Assembly (NCBI GenBank): GCA_002189035.1
Contig: NEEC01000008.1
Coordinates: forward strand, 1,984,001 to 2,048,000
DNA length: 64,000 nucleotides
From: Utricularia gibba
Taxonomy: Eukaryota; Plantae; Magnoliophyta
Direction: 5' to 3'
Positions 38,562-49,978 of this stretch are shown here, in pieces (position 1 is the stretch's first letter; each line of letters starts with the position of its first letter). The translations under genes were made by a program, and so were the position numbers. Below the pieces are notes generated by a model. The model ran no database searches. It was not told the DNA's origin and saw nothing but the letters and a program-made list of their open reading frames with translations.

Positions 38562-40437
38562 TTATGTGGACGACTTGGTGACCTTGAATCTGTAGAGCAC
38601 CTTCTTCTTCCTGGAGGTCTGGTTGTCGAAAGTGAGGACTACTTTGCCAGGTTCAGTTATCTTGAAGCTCGATTTGATGAGCTGTTCGTTTGAGCCGATC
38701 TTCCGAGGCTTCTGGACTATCCATGTGTAGCTGCCCTCCGCGCTAGGCTCGAATTCCACCCCGTAGCTAACTTCCCAACCGATGACTCTAACCTCCCAAG
38801 CAAGAGTGCCAAGTCCAGCCTGAAGATTGATGATGATGAGAGTTAACTACAATCCTGATTACGAATGACTCAGAATGTATGTTGTTACCTCGGTGATTGG
38901 GAATTCTACTGTGTGTTTCGAAGATGGCTTGATTGTTTCTTCAGTTGCAGGATCGGCGGGGGAGAATTCTTGTTCGCCTTTGTTACCAAGACCGCCATAT
39001 TGAACAGGAGTTGCTCCGGTGCTATGTACCTGCCATTGGAGGATTCGTTGATTTGTGGTTATCCCATTTCGAAGGTACGAGATTGAAGAAAAGAAGAAAC
39101 TTTACTGACTTGAGGAGGGTCTCGGAAGTTCTTGTCGGCCCTGCAAACACAAACTTGCTCTTGGTTCTCTGGGTCAAGAAGGGACTGATCAATCTGTTGT
39201 ACGCCACATACCACCAAGGCACGTTGATAATGATCTTCCAATTGAATAATCAAAAAATCAGTGGATGAATCAGTCAGCAAACACCAGCAAGATGAAAGTT
39301 TCCATGTACCTGTTTGGCTACGAATTCAGGATAATTGTCCTGGAGCAACTGAAGGGCCTGATTGGTGGATTGGCGAAGTTCCTTCTTGAACAACATTAGC
39401 CCTGGTGAATTCTTGAGATCAATGATCTGAACAATGGTGCAAACGCCTCCAGGGGAGAAATCTAGTTTCCTGATGCTCTTCTCCAGGAACTGGATGTACC
39501 ATTTCAAGAACTTAGATCTCTTTTCAGCGTCATCAAAAGTATTGCCGTAGAGAACCTTGTCTTGGAACTCCCCGAAAGCGTTGTAAGAAACTGGGTGACC
39601 TTCTTTATCAACTCCATGTAGATAAACAACTTTCTCAAGCCCCTCGATGATGAGTTCCTCTTCCAGGAGCTCATCGATTTTGAAATCTTTCCTCCAAGCC
39701 ACCACGTTTTTCAGCATAGCGAAAGCTTCTTTTACCTTGAAGTCTCTCGCTCTCAAAAATTTCAGTAGAATCACATCGCTTCTGTCATCAGCGAGAAGAG
39801 GGACGCCCCAGATGGAAACCTCCTCCGGAGGAGACGTCTCTGAAACAATAGGCTTCTTCTCTTCCTCCCCGGGAGTGGCAACGGGATCATCAGCTGGCGG
39901 TGGAGCAGGAGAGGTGACTTCGTGAACTATTGTCTCCTTGATCTTTTCAACAGCTTCTGATACTTTTTCCTCCGCTTCCGCCTCCGGATCTGCTGGATTT
40001 TCTTCAACATTTTCCTCTTTCACAATTAGGGCTGGCGGCGCTTCAGTGGGTTCCGCCTCCAGATCCTGATTTTTCTCCTCAGGGATGGACTCTTGCTTCT
40101 CCTCCTCAGCTACGGGCTGTTTTTTCTTGTCCTCAGCATCCTTGGACGGAGGCGGCGGCGGAGGGTTGAAAGCACGGTTGTTGAGGGCGTCCTGAATCAG
40201 GAACTTGAGTTCGTCCAGTGCTTTTTTTTCCGGATCCACGAGATCTTCAACCTTGTTGCTTTCCTCCTTAAACGACACACACTCCCCAATCGTCTTCACC
40301 TTCTTCTCCATTTCCTCCGCCTTCTCCAGCCCCTGCTCCGGCTGCGGAGGCAGCGCGTCCTTGTCCACCAAAACTCTACCCTCCTTTTCTAACAGAACCT
40401 TTGCATCCACAATCTTCGTCTCCTTTTCCATCTCCAT
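38562..40437 (-). CDS. PATL: Patellin (acidic N-terminus, CRAL-TRIO/Sec14, GOLD), 4 exons; one 1-nt frameshift in the assembly
   Basis: PEEVSIWGVPLLADDRSDVILLKFLRARDFKVKEAFAML...QDNYPEFVAKQ|IIINVPWWY...PFLTQRTKSKFVFAGP...LLK|YIAPEQ[LP]VQYGGL / GWEVSYGVEFEPSAEGSYT...GKVVLTFDNQTSRKKKVLYRFK. Frame break at 39007-39008. Confidence 0.93.
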
Positions 40438-41559
40438 CTCCAAAGACGCAATCTTGCTCACCCCCACACCACCCCTTTGTGTGTGAACTGTGTGTAGCCG
40501 TTACAGCAACTTCAAAACAATTCAAAGTTTTCCGAGGAGATTGGTGAACCTGCGACAGAATATAAAAAAGAGAAAACCGGGCGGGCCACCCGGAACCCGA
40601 ATACAGCTACCTTTTGTGTTCCGTTCCTGCATGGAAAACGGGTCAGATTTTATAAAAACGATTTTATATTAAAAAAAAGAAACTTAATTCTTTATTCCAA
40701 ATATATAATAAAAATAAATATAAATTTATGAAAAAAATAAAAATAATTAAATAAATATCAGAAAAGGGACTCGTTGTCCAAATTCTTGCCAGTCGATGGC
40801 ATCGAGATCTGGTCATGTTGATGTATGAAGGGGAACAGTCTGTCTAAGACACCAAAATTAGCCAGCTCCTTTCCCTTTCTAACGGGGGCCCACTTCTCCT
40901 CCTTTTTTTCTTTTTCAAAAACATTAAATATGTTTTTTATTAAAAAATATTTTATTTTTTGAAAAAAATACATATAAATATATCTAATTATTCTTTTTTA
41001 TCAGTTGTGATGATAAACATCTCACATATTTGAACAATTCAAATACCTTGAGTATTTAATCAACTTGCATTATATTTTATATATTTCATTTTTTGTATAG
41101 GGATTAGCGATCTCAACTTGGCTACGCAGACGGCGACCCGGGAGCCTCCACCGGAGCATTTGCTGTCCTGTCCACACACGGTGTTTTTTCCACCGAATGA
41201 GGGTGTTTATGCTTCAAGATGGACGGACCTCCGGCGGAGGAAGGTGTCGATTGGATGGAGGAGCTGGAGGCGCGTGTACCTCACGCGTTTCTGGTCATCG
41301 CCTTTATCATTTTCCCTGGCGTGTGTGAATCTGTGATTAGAGAGCTGGGGTTCACTTCCATCACGTGAACAATGATAACAGGATAACATGTCAATCCGTA
41401 TTTTCCGATGAAGTGCAGCAGAACGGCGGCATCAACCCTGACAACCGAGACATGGGCGAGTGTCTCGAGAAGGGGAGGAGGAAAAACCTGCAACTTGAGG
41501 TGGAATTTACGTACAGGAGATTTTACAAACGAATGGAGTGACGAAGGTATTTTAGGAAA

Positions 41560-43619
41560 CTACGCGCCGGTTGAGGATCTCCTAGTGAAGATAATGAAGG
41601 TAGCTAAGCCGGCGACGCTGATTGCGGCCAGTAACCAGTAAAAGTAATCGAGGTGGGCGCGGTTCAAGTCATCGGCGAACCACCCATCTCGCCCTCCGGC
41701 GCTGGTGACCTCCTGGATCACGGACACCATCAAGCTGCTCAATAGACTCCCGATCCCGAGGATGCTGAGGTACATAGAGAAACCGATACTCTTGAGATCA
41801 TCAGCAACTTGGTTGTAGAACAGTTCCTGAAGCCCGACCATTGCGAACACATCCGCTATCGCGGAGATGATGTACTGCGGGGCCAGCCACCACACACTCA
41901 TCGGAACATAGGCCGGAGGAGTGCCGCCAACGGCGTATTCGTGGGCGATGCGCAGACGTTTTTGTTCGACGATGGCTGCGCAGATGATCGAGATCCATGA
42001 AAGGAAGAGCCCGAATCCGATGCGTCGGTGGATCGATATGCCGGAGGGGTTCATGGTGATGGATCGGGCGACCGGGACCAAGACGCGATCGTAGAGAAGA
42101 ACAACAACCATGGCCACGGCTGTGAGCCAGTACTGCTGAAGTGACGCAGCCGGGATATCGATCGTCGGAGTTAAGTGAAGATCCAGTGTGGCTGCCTGCT
42201 TGGTGAAGAGAGTCGACGGCTGCGCATATATCATCGAGTAGCCTAACGAGGCGAACCAAATTGGGACAAGATCAAGAATTCTCTTTGCATCCTCTACGTC
42301 CGAAACACTGCACAGGTTCTCCTCCGACGACACACTCACGTTTTCCGATAATGCTTTGTCCAAGAACCTGCAGCACAAACCATGTTAAGAAAGCAAGCTA
42401 TTTCTTAACTAAAGTAATGGGACAACGTGCTCCTTTTTGAAGACCTGAACCGACAGCTTTGACCGTCTTTAATGGAAACAACATCGGGTGCACGCCATCT
42501 TCTTGCTGCATGGAAGAAAACACGGCCGATCCTTTTCAAAGGGTTTCTTCTTTGTTGATCAGTTTGGCGAAACCGGTAGGTCGGAGTTCCGAGGTAGAAG
42601 ACGACTAGTGCGATGAACAAGACAATGGCCGGGATCCCGAATCCCAGAAACCAGCTTACTTTTTCCTGAATATAGGATATCAAAACAAGAGGAAAAAGAA
42701 CCCCCGCGGTGAAGAGAAAATACCACCAATTAAAGAAGGAGCTTTTGGCCTTCGATTCACGCTCCACTTCGTTGTCGAATTGATCGGCTCCGAAAGCTTC
42801 AATGCAGGGAAGGATTCCGGCTTGGGCTATTGCCACCAAGTAGAAGGAGGCGTAGAAGACAGTGATCCGATACTTGCCCGGAAACGTATCCGGTGATGTA
42901 AACGTAGTCGATAGTGCCATGAAGCATAGTCCCTGGAAACATCATCCAACGCCGGAATTAGCCAACGAAAAACCGTTCCTAATCTGAATCGAACCAAACT
43001 CAGCCCACTATTGGAGAGTTGACACCGGAAGTTTAAAACCGCCGGTCTTACTGTCCGTTTCCAATTTAGCTGACTTTTGATACAGAAACCAATAGTATCT
43101 TTTCTATTGAAACAATATTAAATGTTATCTCCACCCATCGGTTTACTGTAAATCCACGCAAGCGTATGCGTGTTTGCGTACCGTCATGTATGGCACGGAT
43201 GCTATAACGATCATGCGGAATTTACCGCAAAATGAATCAGCGATAAAACCGCCGACAATCGGCAAAACCGAAGAAATCCCGAACCAGGCGTTCAAATTCG
43301 CGGCGGCGGACGCCGTCGACTGCCCCATCTGGTGGGTCAAGTAGCTGATGAGATTAAAACTTATTGCGTAGTAAGCAAATCTCTCAGCCACCCCAGCAAC
43401 TAAACAGAAAGACAAGTCAAAATCTGGGAAGAAAGAGCAGCGCAGAGAAGAATCCCGACACTCACATATGATGAAAGACGCGGATCGCCAGACTCCCGTC
43501 CTAGAGCGAACGGCGGGATGCCCCTTGAAGTCAACGGTGCCGAGGACGACGTCGTTCAACAGCGGAGTCGTAGCCTCCGGAGCACTGGCGCCCAGGTCGC
43601 ATACAATCGTGGTCGTCAT
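41560..43619 (-). CDS. NPF5: NRT1/PTR family (NPF5.10-like) transporter, tandem copy A, intact, 4 exons
   Basis: GTVDFKGHPAVRSRTGVWRSASFII|[11 protein letters not shown] / AFGADQFD...[11 protein letters not shown] / FLDKA...DVEDAK...[14 protein letters not shown]...IPAASLQ / WLAPQYII...[14 protein letters not shown]...[13 protein letters not shown]. Confidence 0.93.
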
Positions 43620-43806
43620 CTTTGCGGATCGGCGCTTCAGCAAGCCGAGTGAATGATTTGCAAGTCAGAACGGCAGTTGCAATTCAATATATTGCAATAA
43701 TGGAGGCCCAGCAGTTCCGGACATTTTTTATTGTCGTTGTAGGACCAGAATGTCGGTGGTTAATCAGGTGGGATTTTTTGCACCACGTTATTTTTTCGAG
43801 TGCCAG

Positions 43807-43914
43807 TTTTTTAGCTCATAAAATTGTTATTTTCAATTGACAAATTTTTTAGTTAATAAAATCGTTATTTTCATTCGTAAGTTTTTTAGTTAATAAAATC
43901 GTTATTTTCAATCC
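43807..43914. repeat. Tandem repeat of about 37-38 bp, three copies, in the NPF copy A promoter
   Basis: Core TTTTTTAGTTAATAAAATCGTTATTTTCA exact at 43845 and 43882, degenerate at 43807. Confidence 0.85.
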
Positions 43915-45355
43915 ATAAAAAACTAAGTTCTAATGGTTCCTGTCAAATTTCAAAGGTCAGGACCCTTGAAAGCAGTTCCCTGCTCTAATCAAAAAAACAA
44001 GACAAGACGACATAGAAGTCGGATAGTGTGATAGACGGGACAAACGCTACACTTTTTTATGATTATTTTTTTAAAACATGTAATAAACTAGTTATATATT
44101 TATATTAATTTATTTTTTAAAAAATATTAATTTCTCGCATTTGTAATAATTGGTTTCTCATTTAACATTAGAGACAAACCCAAGCTAGTACTTGATGATG
44201 GGGAGATAAACCTCAAGGAGGACCATGAATTTCTATGGAGGAAGGGAGGAGAATGTGATATCCCACCTAAGGAAGGGTAGAAGGAACCTAAGCAATGTTC
44301 CAAATCAATTATGGATGGAATAAATGATAAGATTGAATAGAATAATAATGCAAACATCACATAAGGTTTAAGTAATTTGAGAAAAGGTCTTTAGGTGAAA
44401 GTAATTTCCCGAACACATAGTAAAATGTCTTTGGTAAAAACTTCAAACTCAAATATATTTCGGGTTGAAGTAATTTGAGAATAGATAACATTTTTGGTAA
44501 GTGAAAAATGAGAATAATGTAAAATTATGAAAATGAATAATATCGTATAAATTGATTATAAATAATTATATTTGATATCATATCTAAATTATTGTGAGCG
44601 ATCAATACATGGAGCAAACTTCAACATATATCTCACTTAAATTGAGGCTACACATATTTTTGTAATAATAACAATTCATTTGAAAATATGTAGAAATTGA
44701 GGCTACATCATTTGATAGCTATTTAAAAACTAATATGATTTAGATTATTTATATTTAGATAAATCGTGAAACACATATTTATTTGTGATAATATATTTAA
44801 TAGATAAATTGTGATTATTAAGTTTTATGAAAATGCTTAGTAGAAGTGTTTAAAAATCAAGTTTTATAGATAAATTATTAAGTAGAAATTTTATGCAATT
44901 TTAAAAAAATTTACATAAGATGGGAGATTATAAAAAACCTATTTTGATTATTAAATCCATATATTTAATTATCTAGGCTACCTAACTATAGTACCCTAAT
45001 TCACCACGATATTCAAAATGGTTCCCTACTTCCACATTTGACCATATAATATATCAAATTGAACTTTAATGTGTGTGCTTGGTTGGTAGAAACCAACACG
45101 ATAAATACGTCACCCTTGCTTTGAAAATTATTAATTTATATCATTTTATATTTCATGATGCTGAATAGTGTTATAGTTTTAAAAAATGAATATAATTTTC
45201 CGAATTCTTATATGTTCCCATTTTTAATTACATAATTTTACAATGTTATAGATTGTAGAAATAAAAATGAAGAACATCTGGAGAAGGGAGACAGTGTGAC
45301 ATTTTACAATGAGAAATGTTAAGGTGCGAAGCAGAAGCGGCCGGCGGACTCCGAC

Positions 45356-47427
45356 TTACGCAGTACCTCTCCGATAAGAATAGGACCTCGTGAAGTAAAG
45401 GAAGAAGGCGAGTTCGACGGAGCTGATAAAAGCGAGTACCCAGTAAAAGTAATCAAGATGGGCGCGGTTGAGGTCGTCGGCGAACCACCCATACCGCCCC
45501 GAGCCGCCGGTCACCTGCTGAATGGTGGACACGAGGAAGCTACTCAGCAGACTCCCGATGCCGAGGATGCTGAGAAACAGGGACAGCCCAATGCTTTTGA
45601 GGTCACCAGCAACTTCACTGTAGAAAAACTCCTGAAGGCCGACCATTGCGAACACATCGGCCATGGCGGATATCATGTACTGAGGCGCTAGCCACCACAC
45701 GCTCATGGGGACGTAGGCGGAGGGGGAGTCCTCCAGGCCGTGTTCACGGGCAATGGCGAGGCGATTCGTTTCGACCACGGCGGCGAAGATTATCGAGATC
45801 AATGAGAGGAACATGCCAAAGGAGATACGCTGCAGCATGGATATGCCAGACGGGTTCTTAGTGATGGATCCGGCCAGCGGGACGAAGACGCGGTCGTAGA
45901 GAGGAAGGGCTATGACGATGACCGCGGAAAGGAAGCATATTTGCAGTGAAGCCGCCGGGATTTCGATTGAAGGAGTGATGTGTCGGTCAAGAGTGGCTGC
46001 TTGCTTGGTGAACAGAGACGATGGCTGCGCAAAGATGATTGAGTAACCTAACGAAGTGATCCAAATTGGTGCGAGACTGAGAATCCCCTTCGCATCTTCC
46101 ACGTCCGAAACCGTGCAAACACTGTCCTGTCACAATCCATTCGATCCCAGCAATGCCTTGTCCAGGAACCTGAAACAACACAAAGCGCTCCACCGAATCA
46201 AAAAAAGAAAATTAATTGGATTTGCTGCGTCTTCGGCTGGGAATACTTACGTGAACCGATGACTCAGGCCCTCATGAGACGTTTCAGCATTGGGTGCACG
46301 CCAATGTCTAGCAGCTTGAGAGAAGACATGACGGATCCTGAGGAAAGGGTTTCTTTGATGGGAATGTCGCCGAAGCCGATACGTCGGAATCCCGATGGAG
46401 AAGAAAGCCAACCCCAAGCACATAACCGCATTTGGAATGACGAAGCCCAGAAACCAGCTCACGTTTTCCTGAATGTATGTTGTGCAGATTGCGGGGATCA
46501 TAATGCCTCCAGAGCTTATGCAATACCACCAGTTAAAGAAGGAGCTCTTGGCCCTTGACTCCTTTTCAGTTTCCTCGTCGAACTGGTCAGCCCGAAGGCT
46601 TCTATGCACGGAAGGAAGCCTCCCTGAGCTAAAGCCACCAAGTACGAGGAGAAGAAAAAAAAAGTGACCGCCAGCGTGCTCTGTGACGCCCCCGATGACG
46701 TAAACGTAGTCGATACCGTCACCAAGCAAAGCCCCTGAAATGGATAAAAACGCATCTCAAAACTTTTTGTTATTTTTAGAAAACTAAAAAATATATAAAG
46801 CACTAAATCCAATAAATGATGCGATACTTGCCATTTCAAGGTGGGTATGGATGTCCGAAAATAGCGTACTTTTTACTTAAATGTGAAAAAAAATTCATAA
46901 TCAAATCCTTATATTAACCCCAAAAGGGATGGTAAAAGTGAGGAGAAACCTACGGCGATGTAGAGGAGGGAGGAAATAATGATCATTCGGAAGCGGCCCA
47001 AGAAGGAGTCGGCGAGAAAGCCACCGGCGATGGGCAAAAGGGCGGAAACACCGTACCAGGCGTTGGAGTTCGCGGCGGCGGAGGCGACCGACAGCCCCAT
47101 CTTGTTGGTCAAGTAAGTTATCATATTGGAACCCATCCCGTAGTACGCGAATCTCTCAGCCACGCCGGCGCCTGCAACCCAAAAGGAAACCCGGATTTGA
47201 AGCGGGAAACCAAAAGGGGGGAATTGGAATTGGATTCGAAGCAAGCAAGCAAACAAACACAGACATATTATGTAGGACGCGGATCTCCATATCCCGGACT
47301 TGGATCGCACCGACGGCCGCCCTTTGTAGTCAACGGAACCGGAAACGACGTCCTCCAGCAGCGGCGTCTCAGCCTCAGCCTCCTCCCACCCCACCGTGGT
47401 CGGGTCTGCTGCAAAGATCGTCGCCAT
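45356..47427 (-). pseudogene. NPF5: NPF5.10-like transporter, tandem copy B, with an in-frame premature TGA and a 1-nt frameshift
   Basis: Same four-exon layout as copies A and C. The frameshift at 46591-46593 (AFG-ADQFD) is in a G-run. The last exon reads [27 protein letters not shown], with TGA at 46130-46132. The rest of the frame is well conserved. Confidence 0.6.
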
Positions 47428-49500
47428 TTTTCTATACAACTACCGGCGTACCGTCCCGTCCCGTCCCTCCCGTCTTATTCTTCCCCAGTTTCAGCACATC
47501 TCACCGACGGTGTGCACCACTGCGCTTTTTATCAACTTTCTTTCTTGGCCACATTAAATAATAATAATAATAATATCCATACTTTCACCTGTTGAAGAAG
47601 AAGCTGCTATTTGGTGACGTGGGCTCTGCTCATCCGGGGACTGCTTTAGAAGTTGCGGTGGGCCCGCTTTGCGTGCGTCATCAACGATGAAGCTTTCACG
47701 TTGGCGTGGGATCACCTCCTCCACCAGTCTTTTTTTTTTTTTTTTATATTTTTAAACAAGAAAAAACGGGGGTGTGGTAGGAATGTCAGTATCTGGTGAG
47801 CTGAATTATGAAGGGACGGGGACCTCCTTTTCATATACAATAATTGAGATTATAAATCACATTTCATAGCATAGTTTAATTTTTTATAGCATATTTAAAC
47901 TATAAACCAAAATTAATAATATATTTCGAATAAATGACTATATGGTATAATTTCTATTCAATTGAACCCACTTCTCCCTTTCAAAAATAGGTAACCAAAG
48001 AGTTTTTCTTTTCAACTTTTTATTGTTGTTTGTTTCGTACTATTTTGTTTTTCATTTGCTTTTGGTGCTACGCCATTCCCGTCAAAGAAAAGGAGGAGAT
48101 GGGGCACATGAAAGTTACGTATCTCCTCAAACCACAATTACACGATACACACGTGGCAAGTGTATGCCATCATTCACGAGGTGGGTTTATTATGAGTTCA
48201 GACAATTGTGGATAGAGTTGAAAGAAACCAACAATCTAACAAATGGATCTACATATCAAGAAGAACAAGGTTTTAAATTCTAAAAAATCCCGCATTACAT
48301 TTTGGTTAATTGGTTGTTTAAATACTCGTGTATTGATGACAGTGTATTTTTGTTAAATCTATCTAATAATACAGAACACTTGGAATGTTGATTTTATTGA
48401 AATTAAAAGATCGATAGATCGGATGAATGAATACGTGAAATTTAAATATACATAAACGTGGACCTTAATAAAGAAGATTATGTATAATCGATTTTTAGTA
48501 ATTTATAAACCATAATTTTTTATATATTTGAATATTTTATTTTCATTTGTTTTAATAGATTTTTGTTAATAATTCAAGTTATAAAGCATTTATTTTAAAA
48601 CATACATGACAAATACAATATTATTCTAAGCATATATGTACAAAATCTATATATCAAACAAATTCGTAAACTTAATCATATGATACGTGTTTATTTAAAT
48701 ACAAATAATTCAAATATAATATTAATTAAACCGGCATATCAAACACACTGTAAATGAACTTTGCATGTTTATCTTGGATGTTCGCTTTCATTTTGACTAT
48801 TTATCTTCGTTGTTCTGAGTATTTTATATTTTCCGAAATGTTAACGTGTTGTAGTGAATCATGTCACTAAAATTGTTTATCGAACCATCCTTTTTGCGAT
48901 AATAACATTGCATTTTTAATTCAATGGCTTGTGTTAGTGTACCGGAAAATGAGTAACGCAAGAGAACTTTAATAAAATACAATAAAATTCAACAAATACA
49001 TTGAAATTCAAGGCAACTAATGTCTCCACTTTCAATGACTTACGAATGAAGAATACCCGGTACAAATCATTAAACAAATTCAAAGTCTCATCTTATACGT
49101 TATTATCATCTACATCTAAATATTCTTTTTCCTAAGGATTGGGTTGACATCTCTTTTAATCGAATAGAAAATAGTATTACAAATTGTTTTATACCCGAAA
49201 AAAAAATTTGAACCAATTCTACAAATTTTATTTTTTATTATGACAAAGACATTAAACCGTAATTCACTATTAGTTGAATTATAATGAAATTATGATTAGA
49301 TTGTGCTTTTTTTTATATTTTAATATAATTTGAATTTAATTAAAGCATTAGATTGACAGGTTCACAATTCTTATCATAGTTGAATTGTGATTTTTGAAAC
49401 CCTAAACTAGGACATTCCAACCATGGACCTTCAATTTGTCCCTATTGCAAAGGAATTAGAACATTCTGACCATAGATGTCAAGATGTTGAAACCTCTAAT

Positions 49501-49524
49501 GGATCCGGATCCGGATCCGGATCC
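49501..49524. repeat. Self-complementary tandem repeat (GGATCC)4
   Basis: Four perfect GGATCC units forming a 24-bp palindrome in the NPF B-C spacer. Confidence 0.95.
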
Positions 49525-49978
49525 GTAGACGAAGAAGGGGAAGGGAAAGTTGGGAACAGCTGGACTGATAGGGAAAATTCAAAACTTCTTAATATTTGAT
49601 AATAAAATTATTTTTAAATGTTTTTTCAAAAATATAATTTATTTGCAATAGCCCCCTCGATTTTTATGTTTTTTCGAATCATCATCTTCTATACTCAAAA
49701 AGTGTAAATATGTCTATCAGATACAATATATTTGAATTTTATTGATGTTTTGGGAATTGGCATGGTGATATTAATGTTCCCATTATCCGTTATTTGTCAC
49801 ATTGTTGCTTATTTACATCCAGCTCCTTTTTCTTTTCGTTATTAATTTTCAGTACCCATTGCAAAGCACAAGCTACCTCTTTGTAATAATGATATTTTAT
49901 TTCAAAATTTACAACGCAATAAAGCAATCCATGAATTTTGCAACACATACCAAAACTATTTAATAAATTTTTCGAAAT

